DNA of 30,419 nt, from IMG/VR virus record IMGVR_UViG_3300021356_000106, positions 1 through 30,419 of that record; one strand, 5' to 3'. The position numbers and the translations under genes were made by a program. The notes beneath the pieces were generated by a model. It had not been told where the DNA came from. It searched no databases and worked only from the letters and a program-made list of their open reading frames with translations. Source of the stretch: a virus. Its lineage: Duplodnaviria; Caudoviricetes. Below are positions 9,822 through 19,023 of this stretch, in pieces. Every line of letters begins with the position of its first letter. The first letter of the stretch is position 1.

Positions 9822-10713
9822 GATATACGAACATCGTTATACCTTTCAAGGGCAGTTTGCATATGCTGCTGGCATGATAAAACATGCATTAGAACTTATG
9901 GGATATACCGAAGGTGATAATCCAGACTTGCACGTATATAACCACACTTGTCGCGATTTAGAACCTGATATGCCAGAGAATAGTATCATATTTAAACCAA
10001 CTGCTCCTACGAGCCAACACTTTCAGATAGATAGAAATGGTTACGCCAATAGCTCAGATTTAACGTTTAATGATCCTACTCCTATTAGTGATTTTAGAAA
10101 ATATAATAAATCTGAGATTAACTATATTCAATCCCTTATAGAGAGAAGAGCCAATAAATGGGACCACTCTATACTGATAAATGGATGGAGAGAGGTTAAG
10201 GACCTAAAAGATGATCATATACTTGTTATTGGCCAGATGCCAGATGATGAAACTGTTAATGGATTTGGTTGGCCTGGGCACATAGAGAGAGTAGATAGGA
10301 TACTTGATAAACTTGATGGTGAAAATGTAGTTCTTAAATTACATCCGAAGTATAAACCAAGAACCATGACCGAAAAGACATTAATGAGGAAGTGGGAGAA
10401 AATGGATATACAAATACTGAGAGGTTATGACACAATACACTCAGTATTACCTAAGACCCGAGTAGCTATATTGGATAATAGTACAGCTGGAATTGAATGT
10501 ATGATGCATGATGTTCCGATGATAACATATGGGCATCCGGATTACCACTGGGTAACTAAAGATATCAGATCGCCGGTTCAATTAAAAGAATCCGTAAAAG
10601 ACCTTAGTTGGTATAATAAAGAATTGACAAGAAGGTTTTTATGTTACTACATTTTTGAATATCTTTGTTGTGATATAGATACTACTATTAATAGGTTACA
10701 AGAAATACTCTAA
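9811..10713 (+). CDS. Capsule polysaccharide biosynthesis (KpsC/KpsS-like) sugar transferase
   Basis: ILVIGQMPDDE, VLKLHP and ILDNSTAGIECMMHDVPMITYGHPDY resemble the QxxxD / HP / NSTxGxEA motifs of Capsule_synth proteins. Probable GTG start at 9811 after GGAG (track start 9790). Confidence 0.6.
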   Translation: MEFKIYEHRYTFQGQFAYAAGMIKHALELMGYTEGDNPDLHVYNHTCRDLEPDMPENSIIFKPTAPTSQHFQIDRNGYANSSDLTFNDPTPISDFRKYNKSEINYIQSLIERRANKWDHSILINGWREVKDLKDDHILVIGQMPDDETVNGFGWPGHIERVDRILDKLDGENVVLKLHPKYKPRTMTEKTLMRKWEKMDIQILRGYDTIHSVLPKTRVAILDNSTAGIECMMHDVPMITYGHPDYHWVTKDIRSPVQLKESVKDLSWYNKELTRRFLCYYIFEYLCCDIDTTINRLQEIL

Positions 10714-12212
10714 TGGACATAATCAAGGTCAAAAAGAAAAACGAATCGTTTTTAGAAATACAGACCGAACCCTCTATAGAACAAGAACTAGCAGAACACT
10801 TCTGTTTCTATGTGCCTGGTTATAAATTCATGCCAGCATATAAGAATAGAATGTGGGATGGCAAGATCAGATTGTTTGACCTAAGAAAGAAAACGCTATA
10901 TACTGGATTATTCCAATATATGCAAGAATTTGCAAATGCTAGATGTTATGATATAGAACTTGATAATGGTGAGTATGGTATGCCAGGTGCCAAGAATGTT
11001 GTGGACATACCTGCACTTTTAAACGAACTTACTATAACGGCAAGTGGAGAAAAAATTACTCCTAGAGATTATCAGTTAAATGCATTAGAACATGCACTCA
11101 CAAATAGCCAATCGTTGCTTTTATCACCTACTGCATCGGGTAAGTCACTTATTATTTACATGGCAGTAAGATTCTTTTTAGAAGCCTCTGACCAGAATGT
11201 ATTATTAATAGTACCTACAACATCTCTTGTAGAACAGATGTATTCAGATTTTGGCGATTACTCACAGTTTGATGAATGGAATGTAAATGAAAATTGCCAT
11301 AAAATTTATGCTGGTAAGGAAAAATATAACATATCACAACGAGTAGTTATCACTACATGGCAGTCAATATATAAAGAAAAGTCTACATGGTTTCAGCCTT
11401 ATGGTATGGTAATTGGTGATGAAGCGCACTCATTTAAGGCCAAGTCACTTACAGCCATATTAGAAAAATGTACAGAATGTAAATTTCGTATGGGTACTAC
11501 AGGTACGCTTGACGGAACACAAACACACCAATTGGTACTAGAAGGTTTATTTGGGCCGGTTCACAAAGTCACTACTACAAAGAAATTAATGGATAGTGAT
11601 GATTTGGCCAAGTTGGATATTAAAATATTATTACTTAAATATGCTGACGAATTTTGTAAAGAGAAACGCGACTATCAGGGTGAAATGGATTTTATAGTAA
11701 AGTATGATCCGAGGAATAATTTTATTTCTAATCTAGCTATGGATTGTGATGGGAACACACTCATATTATTCCAATATGTCGATAAACACGGCAAACCTCT
11801 ACATGATAAGTTAAAGACTAAATTTGAAAAAAAGAATATAACACAAAGGAAATTATTTTATGTGTCAGGAGAAACAGACGTTGACACTAGGGAAGAGATT
11901 AGGGCTATTACTGAAGAACAGGACGACGCTATTATCGTTGCTTCTATGGGTACTTTTTCAACTGGTATTAATATTAAACGCCTTCATAACATAATTTTTG
12001 CAAGTCCATCGAAGTCTCAAATTAGAGTATTACAAAGTATAGGTAGAGGATTAAGAAAATCAGCTGATGGCAGAAATACTATAGTGTATGACATTGCAGA
12101 TGATTTACATTGGAAGTCCAGAAAGAATTATACATTAGTTCATGCGGCAGAGCGCATTAAAATATATTCAAAAGAAAAATTTGACTATGAGCTATTTGAT
12201 ATAAATATATAA
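10713..12212 (+). CDS. uvsW: SF2 DNA helicase UvsW
   Basis: WDGKIRLF, PRDYQ, SPTASGKS, DEAH, TGT, STGINI, LQSIGRGLR. Confidence 0.95.
   Translation: MDIIKVKKKNESFLEIQTEPSIEQELAEHFCFYVPGYKFMPAYKNRMWDGKIRLFDLRKKTLYTGLFQYMQEFANARCYDIELDNGEYGMPGAKNVVDIPALLNELTITASGEKITPRDYQLNALEHALTNSQSLLLSPTASGKSLIIYMAVRFFLEASDQNVLLIVPTTSLVEQMYSDFGDYSQFDEWNVNENCHKIYAGKEKYNISQRVVITTWQSIYKEKSTWFQPYGMVIGDEAHSFKAKSLTAILEKCTECKFRMGTTGTLDGTQTHQLVLEGLFGPVHKVTTTKKLMDSDDLAKLDIKILLLKYADEFCKEKRDYQGEMDFIVKYDPRNNFISNLAMDCDGNTLILFQYVDKHGKPLHDKLKTKFEKKNITQRKLFYVSGETDVDTREEIRAITEEQDDAIIVASMGTFSTGINIKRLHNIIFASPSKSQIRVLQSIGRGLRKSADGRNTIVYDIADDLHWKSRKNYTLVHAAERIKIYSKEKFDYELFDINI
12200..12207 (+). promoter_or_regulatory. T4-type late promoter overlapping the uvsW 3' end
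   Basis: TATAAATA; the next ATG is at 12214. Confidence 0.6.
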
Positions 12213-12213
12213 T

Positions 12214-12612
12214 ATGGACGAACTAAATATAAGAAATTTTAAACTAATTAATGGTGATAACATCATTGCACTGGTTAATTCCGATAATAGGGATAACTAT
12301 ATAGTGGAAAGGCCGGTCGCTGTTTACAGCACTATGATAGGTGGCTATTCGTTTACTCCATGGTTTCCATTCTCTGATAGAAATAGAGTGTCTATAGATA
12401 AACATAATATAGTAGGTGAATCTGGTGTGCAGTTAGAGATTAAAAAGGAATATATGAGGTTTGCACTACAGAGAACTAAATTTCAGGCTCCCGAATCCCA
12501 AGAAGCCATCCTACAAAGGATTACGGATGAAATTGCAAACCGTTTTGAAGTCACAGAAGAAATAACAGATGAGGACTATGAACCTGTACCGACTAAGGAG
12601 ACAGTACATTAA
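12214..12612 (+). CDS. Conserved hypothetical protein (Sm-like fold suspected), between uvsW and gp55
   Basis: FKLINGDNIIA...FTPWFPFSD pattern, similar to the 27262-27540 product. Confidence 0.7.
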   Translation: MDELNIRNFKLINGDNIIALVNSDNRDNYIVERPVAVYSTMIGGYSFTPWFPFSDRNRVSIDKHNIVGESGVQLEIKKEYMRFALQRTKFQAPESQEAILQRITDEIANRFEVTEEITDEDYEPVPTKETVH

Positions 12613-12647
12613 TGTGGTATACCTCTACCCCCTCGGTGGACTATATT

Positions 12648-12676
12648 ATTATATACCATAAAGCCGATTTTGTCAA
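12648..12676 (-). promoter_or_regulatory. Antisense sigma70 consensus promoter
   Basis: Minus strand reads TTGACA-aaatcggctttatggta(17)-TATAAT. Confidence 0.75.
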
Positions 12677-12718
12677 CACTTTTGATGAAAATAATTAAAT
12701 CTTTTTTACAGATTTTTG

Positions 12719-12747
12719 TTTACAAATGAATGAAAGCATGTTATAAT
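12719..12747 (+). promoter_or_regulatory. sigma70-like promoter for gp55
   Basis: TTTACA-17-TATAAT with extended -10 TGn. Confidence 0.8.
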
Positions 12748-12772
12748 ATACTAATTATGGAGGAAACCCAAG

Positions 12773-13345
12773 ATGGCAAAACTAAAGCCTAGAGAAAAAC
12801 CACACTATGTTAATAACCGAGAGTTCTCGGAAGCAGTCTTTGATTATGCTAAAGAAGTAGCTGCATGTCGTGAAAGTAAAACGCAACCACCTAAAGTGAC
12901 AGATTACATTGCAAAATGTTTTATTAAGATTGCAGAGGGTCTATCACATCGACCAAACTTTGTAAGATATACTTACCGAGAAGAAATGGTTATGGATGCC
13001 GTTGAGAACTGTTTAAGAGCAATCGGCAATTATAATATCGAAGCATCTACCCGTACAGGTAAACCTAACGCATTCTCTTACTTTACACAGATATGCTATT
13101 TCGCCTTCATTAGGCGAATAACCAAAGAAAAGAAACAACAAGATATTAAGTTCAAGTTCATTGAAAAGATGGGTATTGAAGACTTTGTTGCAATGGGTAT
13201 GGATAACGAAGGTGCAGAACAAACCATGCAGTATGTTGATACACTTAGACAAAGAATTGATCAAGTAAAAACCAAAGATGCTAAGATCAAAGAATTTGCA
13301 AAAGAAGAAAAGGAAAGAGAAAAACTAGAACTCTTTATGGTATAA
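12773..13345 (+). CDS. gp55: Late-transcription sigma factor
   Basis: HYVNNREF, IAEGLSHRPNFVRYTYREEMVMDAVENC, NAFSYFTQICYFAFIRRI. Confidence 0.95.
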   Translation: MAKLKPREKPHYVNNREFSEAVFDYAKEVAACRESKTQPPKVTDYIAKCFIKIAEGLSHRPNFVRYTYREEMVMDAVENCLRAIGNYNIEASTRTGKPNAFSYFTQICYFAFIRRITKEKKQQDIKFKFIEKMGIEDFVAMGMDNEGAEQTMQYVDTLRQRIDQVKTKDAKIKEFAKEEKEREKLELFMV

Positions 13346-13349
13346 TGAA

Positions 13350-13583
13350 ATGAAAAATAGATTTGATTTAGAAACAGATATAATGCAAGCTTGGAACACT
13401 ACAGAAGATATTGATTTAATTTATCATGCAACAGATAAGTTAAAGTTAAATGCTAAAGATTGTGATACATTACAAAACCAATTGCTAGGTCTAAAATATA
13501 TTACAGAGCTACGATTTCAAAAGCTTTGGGATACATTTGAAAGTTCAATTAAGAATGGAGTATTTAATGACTTGGAATCATAA
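13350..13583 (+). CDS. Hypothetical protein
   Basis: 77-aa ORF directly after gp55; no recognisable motif. Confidence 0.65.
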   Translation: MKNRFDLETDIMQAWNTTEDIDLIYHATDKLKLNAKDCDTLQNQLLGLKYITELRFQKLWDTFESSIKNGVFNDLES

Positions 13584-13791
13584 ACCCGCCGAAGAGAAAC
13601 CGTATATTACATTGACTTGTAATCCATACGAAGACAAAAGTTCAACTAATACACGAATCACCATTGACGTAATGGAAAAAGATTTGAGCAAAGATGCTAT
13701 GATTGAAATATTAGAAAAATTTATGAAATCAATGGGTTATCATTTTAATGAAGGCGAACACTTAGGCATTGAATACGAGGTTTATGATTAA
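13568..13791 (+). CDS. Hypothetical protein
   Basis: Likely ATG at 13568 after GGAG; FMKSMGYHF motif (track start 13537). Confidence 0.6.
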
Positions 13792-13912
13792 TATGTGGAG
13801 ATATGAATGTAAAGCAGGTGTCTATTCTGAGACATCACTAATTAAACTTTTATGGACTATTCACAGCCATAGAATGTATCACTTAATTAATCATGGGAGG
13901 TATGCGGATTGA
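13784..13912 (+). CDS. Small hypothetical protein (42 aa), not in ORF track
   Basis: MINMWRYECKAGVYSETSLIKLLWTIHSHRMYHLINHGRYAD; GAGG upstream; stop overlaps the gp47 TTG (TTGA), filling the gap exactly. Confidence 0.55.
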   Translation: MINMWRYECKAGVYSETSLIKLLWTIHSHRMYHLINHGRYAD

Positions 13913-14970
13913 AAGTAGCAATATTAAATGATACCCATTGTGGGGTAAGAAACTCATCTGATATCTTTTTACAGTATCAAGAAAGATTCTATCAAGAGAT
14001 TTTCTTTCCTTACTTGAAAGAACATAATATCAAGAACATTCTACATTTAGGAGACTATTATGAACATAGAAAGTTCGTTAACTTTAAAGCACTTAATGCT
14101 AATCGTAAGCATTTTCTTGAGCCTATGCGCGATGCCGGTATTACTATGGATATTATACCCGGAAATCATGACGTATACTTTAAAAATACAAATGAACTGT
14201 GCAGCCTTAAAGAACTGTTGGGGTATTTTACCAGCAATGTAAATATCGTAATGAAACCTACTGTCTTGGATTATGACGGCCTAGGAGTTGCAGTTATACC
14301 ATGGATTAATAATGACAACTATGAAGAATATACAAAGTGGGCAATGACGTGTGAAGCACCTATCCTTGGAGCCCATTTGGAGTTAAAGGGTTTTGAAATG
14401 ATGGCTGGTATGCCTAATCCTCACGGTATGAATGCAGATGTATTCTCCAGATTTGAAATGGTATTATCGGGGCATTTTCACACTAAATCACATCAAGGGA
14501 ATGTTCACTATCTTGGTTCACAAATGGAATTTACTTGGGCAGATGTTGATGATCCTAAGTATTTTCATATTTTAGACACAGAAACTAGAGAGATAACTGC
14601 TGTTCGTAACCCTATTACTATGTTTAAAAAGGTAATCTATGATGATTCTAATAAGGATTATACTGACGTAGATGTATCTGAATATGAGAAAAAGTTTATC
14701 AAACTAATTGTTATAAATAAAAATGACTTATATATGTTCGATAAGTTTGTGGATAAATTACAATCCATTGAGACTTATGAACTGAAGATTGCAGAATCTT
14801 TTGAAGAGTATCTGGGAGAAAGCGTCGATGACGAGAAAATATCCCTAGAAGATACTACAGAACTGCTTGATTCGTATGTTGATGCTGTTGACACAGAACT
14901 CGATAAAGAGCACATTAAGGTAGAACTAAGAAAGCTATATACTGAAGCACAAAATCTAGAGGTAGTATGA
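13909..14970 (+). CDS. gp47: Recombination endonuclease, Mre11/SbcD-like
   Basis: Metallophosphoesterase motifs DTH, GD, GNHD, GHFH; TTG start after GGGAGG. Confidence 0.93.
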   Translation: MKVAILNDTHCGVRNSSDIFLQYQERFYQEIFFPYLKEHNIKNILHLGDYYEHRKFVNFKALNANRKHFLEPMRDAGITMDIIPGNHDVYFKNTNELCSLKELLGYFTSNVNIVMKPTVLDYDGLGVAVIPWINNDNYEEYTKWAMTCEAPILGAHLELKGFEMMAGMPNPHGMNADVFSRFEMVLSGHFHTKSHQGNVHYLGSQMEFTWADVDDPKYFHILDTETREITAVRNPITMFKKVIYDDSNKDYTDVDVSEYEKKFIKLIVINKNDLYMFDKFVDKLQSIETYELKIAESFEEYLGESVDDEKISLEDTTELLDSYVDAVDTELDKEHIKVELRKLYTEAQNLEVV

Positions 14971-16682
14971 TACATTTTAAATCATGTAAGTGGAAGAATT
15001 TCCTCTCCACTGGTGATGAATTCATCGAAATAAAACTTGACAAATCCCCAACCACACTCATAGTAGGACAAAACGGCGCTGGTAAATCTACTTTACTAGA
15101 TGCATTGTCGTTTGGTCTTTTTGGTAAACCTCATAGAGATATAGGTAAGTACCAACTAATCAATTCCATTAACGAGAGAAGGGCTCTAGTAGAAGTAGAG
15201 TTTGATATTGGTAATGCAGAGTTTAAAATTGTAAGAGGTATTAAACCTAACAAGTTTGAAATTTGGCAAAACGGAAACATGATTAATCAGGCATCTAATG
15301 CCAGGGACTTTCAGAAGTTCTTAGAAACCAATATACTAAAACTTAATCATAAGAGTTTTCATCAAGTAGTAGTATTAGGTAGTAGTTCGTTTATTCCATT
15401 TATGCAGTTACCAGCATGGAGCCGTAGAGCAGTTATTGAAGACCTATTGGATATCCAGATATTCTCTAAAATGAATATGCTCTTAAAAGAAAGAAATTCA
15501 AAGATACGCGATGAGTTAACTGATATTAATCATCAGATTGAGTTATATAAAACCAAAATGGATGCTCAAGAAAGATATATCAAAGACTTGCAATCTATCA
15601 ATAAGGATATGATAGAACAGAAAAGATTGTCTATGGAAGACCATAAGAGTGAAATAACCAAACTGTTTGAAGAATCAAAAACCGTAGGTAAAAATTTAAC
15701 AGCATTAATACAGGCAGAAGAAAAGTCACAAACCATATTTATGGATAGAATGTCAGACATTAAATCTGCACAGACACAGAATAATAATAAAATCAAATCA
15801 TTAGTAAAGGACGCAAGATTCTTTGAAGATAATGATAACTGCCCTACTTGTGAACAAGAGATTTCTGCTGATATCAAGAAAATAAAACTAGCTGATATTA
15901 AGAAAACTGCATCTGACGTTCAAAGTGATATAGAAAATATACAACGAGAAGTAGGCATTGCTGAAAAGGAAGGTATTGAAATCAAGAATAAGTTAAATGA
16001 GTTGAGACAAAGACAACAACGCATTAATTCCAATAATGATAAGATATCAGTAATACAAAAAGAAGTAGATAAAATACAAAAAGAAATTTCTAATTTATCT
16101 GGACAGTCGGGTGACCTTAAAGGTGCCAAGAAAGAACTAGAAAAGGTAAGAAATTCTAAAGATAGTTGCACAGAGAAAAAATTGGCATATGTAGAAGAAC
16201 GCACATATAATGAGGTTATCGGCGAGATGTTAAAAGATACCGGCATTAAAACCAAGGTGATTAAGCAATACTTGCCAGTAATGAATCGACTAATCAATCA
16301 GTATCTGCAGGTACTGGACTTTTTTGTGGCATTTCACTTAGATGAAAACTTTAACGAGACTATCAGATCAAGGCATCGTGACTCGTTTAACTACGCATCC
16401 TTTTCCGAAGGGGAGAAACAAAGAATTGACTTGTCTCTGCTCTTTACATGGAGACAGATTGCAAAGATGAAAAATAGTGCGGCCACAAACCTATTAATTT
16501 TGGATGAAACATTTGACTCTAGCTTAGATGTGGATGGGGTAGAAAACCTAACCAAGATACTAAGTACACTAGATGATAATTCAAATGTCTTTATTATATC
16601 CCACAAAGGCGACCTATTAGAGAACAAGTTCCGTAGCAAGATCGAGTTCTTCAAACATAAGAATTTCAGCAAAATCCGATAG
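14967..16682 (+). CDS. gp46: Recombination ATPase, Rad50/SbcC-like
   Basis: GQNGAGKS Walker A, CPTC zinc hook, FSEGE signature, LILDE Walker B, ISH. Confidence 0.95.
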   Translation: MIHFKSCKWKNFLSTGDEFIEIKLDKSPTTLIVGQNGAGKSTLLDALSFGLFGKPHRDIGKYQLINSINERRALVEVEFDIGNAEFKIVRGIKPNKFEIWQNGNMINQASNARDFQKFLETNILKLNHKSFHQVVVLGSSSFIPFMQLPAWSRRAVIEDLLDIQIFSKMNMLLKERNSKIRDELTDINHQIELYKTKMDAQERYIKDLQSINKDMIEQKRLSMEDHKSEITKLFEESKTVGKNLTALIQAEEKSQTIFMDRMSDIKSAQTQNNNKIKSLVKDARFFEDNDNCPTCEQEISADIKKIKLADIKKTASDVQSDIENIQREVGIAEKEGIEIKNKLNELRQRQQRINSNNDKISVIQKEVDKIQKEISNLSGQSGDLKGAKKELEKVRNSKDSCTEKKLAYVEERTYNEVIGEMLKDTGIKTKVIKQYLPVMNRLINQYLQVLDFFVAFHLDENFNETIRSRHRDSFNYASFSEGEKQRIDLSLLFTWRQIAKMKNSAATNLLILDETFDSSLDVDGVENLTKILSTLDDNSNVFIISHKGDLLENKFRSKIEFFKHKNFSKIR

Positions 16683-16704
16683 TTTTGTTACATTTGTGTT
16701 ACAT
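16683..16704. repeat. 22-bp element, inverted copy of 18923-18944
   Basis: TTTTGTTACATTTGTGTTACAT matches the reverse complement of ATGTAACACAATTGTAACAAAA at 21/22 positions. Confidence 0.85.
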
Positions 16705-16719
16705 TCTTGTAACTTTTTT

Positions 16720-16792
16720 AAAAAAAGTGCAAAAAAGTGTTGACAAATGGTGCTATATGTGATATGATATACCTATATTCAAAGATAAGGAG
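16720..16792 (+). promoter_or_regulatory. Strong early-type promoter with A-tract UP element and SD
   Basis: AAAAAAGTG-TTGACA(16740)-17-TATGAT with TGn, then atacctatatt..gataaggagt; near-duplicate of 18951-19014. Confidence 0.85.
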
Positions 16793-16797
16793 TGGAT

Positions 16798-18918
16798 ATG
16801 ACAAAATCTCAATTACTACCCAAACTACTGGCAAAAGAGAATGTTACCATCAAGCATGGTAATTATAAGACTGCCTGGTTTGATATCAAGACCCGTACCC
16901 TTGGTCTTCCATTGTGGGAAGATATGCACAAGGATGTGTACGACCTATTTATTGGCCATGAAGTTGGCCATGCTCTGGAAACACCATTCGAAGGATGGCA
17001 TGATAGTCCAGAAAAGTTAAAGGGTTGTCCTAGGTCTTATATTAATGTGATTGAGGATGCTAGAATTGAAAGAAAAATCCAAGACAGATATCCCGGCCTG
17101 GTTGCTTGTTTCAACCGTGGCTACAAACATCTTCTTGATAAAGAATTCTTCGGACCTCTTGACGACCTAGATTGGGATCAAATCAAGTTAATCGACAAAA
17201 TTAACCTTAAGACCAAACTCGGATCAAAGATGGAAGTACCTTTCTCTTCCGAAGAAAAGGTGTTCTTGGATAGGTCACTTAAAACAGAAACATTTGATGA
17301 GGTACTTGATCTTGTAAGGGATATCTTGGCATGGACTAAAGAAAACCAAGATGAACTGATTCAGAAACCAGAACCTGCTCCAAGTCTTGATGAATCCAAC
17401 CAACAAGGAAAACAAGAGAGTCAAGAACAAGGAGGCCATGATGATTATGAACAAGAAGAAAATAGTGCAGATGAACAATCCTCAACTAATTCTTCGGTTA
17501 ATGAAACTGAGGAATCAGAAGATGGAGAAGGCAATGTCGGCGTCAAGTCTCCTGAACCTCAACATACCGAAGACGATATTTCAGTTACCGATACTATTTA
17601 CAGGCAGAAAGAAAAAGAACTAACCGGGGTTAATGAAAATTCTCAACCAGTCTATATGGATGACGTCAGTAAGGAAATCATTTCTAAGGCCGTTATTGAC
17701 TTTGGTAAACTTACCGAGGCAAGGAACAAGTTTGAAAAATACACAAAAGAATTCGAAGGGGAATATTATACTGCATTTGATTATTCAGAATTCCCTCAAT
17801 ACCTAAAGAATGTCAAAAAGAATGTTCAAGTTGCTGTAAAGGAATTTGAAATGAGAAAAGCGGCATACAGATACACAAGGGCACAAACTGCCAAGACCGG
17901 CAGAATTGATGTGAACAAGTTATGGTCTTATAAGACTAACGAAGACATATTCTTTACTGCTACTAAACTGGCAGATGCAAAGAATCATGGAATGATGCTT
18001 CTCATTGATATGTCTGGCTCTATGTCGAACTCAATGATTCATGTAATGGATCAAGTTGCTCACTTGGTTATGTTTTGTAAGTCTGTAAATATACCATTTG
18101 AGGTATACGGATTTACTTCAACAAATCCTGATTTGGATTGGGACTGGACAAAAGATAAGGAACTTCCATTTGAAATTGATGGCCTGTCAATGCCACTAAT
18201 CTGTTCTTCCGACCTTAATAAGGCTGACTTTACCGAGGCGATGAGACACATTTATAAAAGGGCAACACAAAGAAGTTACTGGAGAGACCTATGCAAATAC
18301 GAAGAATATGGCTCAACTCCATTAAATCAGGCACTGATTGTTTCACATCACCTGGTTAAGAAATTTAAAAGAAAGCATGGTGTTGAGAAAATGAATTTCA
18401 TCACCTTCACGGATGGAGATGCAAACAGAATAGGAGTTTACAATAATCAAAATTATGATAATTCAGTGTTTCCTGATAGACACAATGCCATAATTAATGT
18501 TGATGGAAGTAGAATAAAGACCTCTACTCATTCAAGAAAAATGACCAAGAACTTATTACTGAACATGGAAAAGAAATATGGCTGTAACAATATCGGGTTC
18601 TTTATGGCAGATGACGCTAGTGACTGGAGACAAAGACTTTGGATTGTTTCGGACGAACTGAATGTGGATTCATACGAATACAAAGACAATGCTGGTAAGG
18701 AATACAGAAAGAACAAATGTGTTCATGCTGAGAAAGTCCTAGGGTATTCTCAATACTACTTGGTAAAAGGCGGTAATCATCTTTCAACCGACACGGACGA
18801 ATTCGAGGTTAGTGAAGACGCCTCAAATGCTAATATCAGAAACGCATTTAAGAAGTTTGCCAAGAGTAAGAAACAAAACAAAGTACTGATGACCAAGTTT
18901 GGTAAGGCGGTTGCATGA
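16798..18918 (+). CDS. HEXXH metallopeptidase-like + VWA (MIDAS) protein, CobT-like partner of the MoxR ATPase
   Basis: GHEVGHALET, NVIEDARIE, acidic linker, LLIDMSGSM (DxSxS), GSTPL, FTDGDA; ATG at 16798 after AAGGAG. Confidence 0.85.
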   Translation: MTKSQLLPKLLAKENVTIKHGNYKTAWFDIKTRTLGLPLWEDMHKDVYDLFIGHEVGHALETPFEGWHDSPEKLKGCPRSYINVIEDARIERKIQDRYPGLVACFNRGYKHLLDKEFFGPLDDLDWDQIKLIDKINLKTKLGSKMEVPFSSEEKVFLDRSLKTETFDEVLDLVRDILAWTKENQDELIQKPEPAPSLDESNQQGKQESQEQGGHDDYEQEENSADEQSSTNSSVNETEESEDGEGNVGVKSPEPQHTEDDISVTDTIYRQKEKELTGVNENSQPVYMDDVSKEIISKAVIDFGKLTEARNKFEKYTKEFEGEYYTAFDYSEFPQYLKNVKKNVQVAVKEFEMRKAAYRYTRAQTAKTGRIDVNKLWSYKTNEDIFFTATKLADAKNHGMMLLIDMSGSMSNSMIHVMDQVAHLVMFCKSVNIPFEVYGFTSTNPDLDWDWTKDKELPFEIDGLSMPLICSSDLNKADFTEAMRHIYKRATQRSYWRDLCKYEEYGSTPLNQALIVSHHLVKKFKRKHGVEKMNFITFTDGDANRIGVYNNQNYDNSVFPDRHNAIINVDGSRIKTSTHSRKMTKNLLLNMEKKYGCNNIGFFMADDASDWRQRLWIVSDELNVDSYEYKDNAGKEYRKNKCVHAEKVLGYSQYYLVKGGNHLSTDTDEFEVSEDASNANIRNAFKKFAKSKKQNKVLMTKFGKAVA

Positions 18919-18922
18919 TAAA

Positions 18923-18944
18923 ATGTAACACAATTGTAACAAAA
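18923..18944. repeat. 22-bp element, inverted copy of 16683-16704
   Basis: Two TGTAAC units with 11-bp periodicity. Confidence 0.85.
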
Positions 18945-18950
18945 AAGTTT

Positions 18951-19014
18951 AAAAAAAGTGTTGACAAATAGTGTATTGCGTGGTACAATATACCTATATT
19001 AAATGATAAGGAGT
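18951..19014 (+). promoter_or_regulatory. Strong early-type promoter (duplicate architecture)
   Basis: AAAAAAAGTG-TTGACA(18961)-17-TACAAT with TGn, then atacctatatt..gataaggagt. Confidence 0.85.
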
Positions 19015-19023
19015 TAATTAATT

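Noticed and set aside
12511-12609. 32-aa minus-strand ORF (MYCLLSRYRFIVLICYFFCDFKTVCNFIRNPL) downstream of the antisense promoter
   Set aside because: It is fully antisense to a real gene with suboptimal SD spacing; its hydrophobicity is the expected mirror of acidic codons. Not called without expression data.
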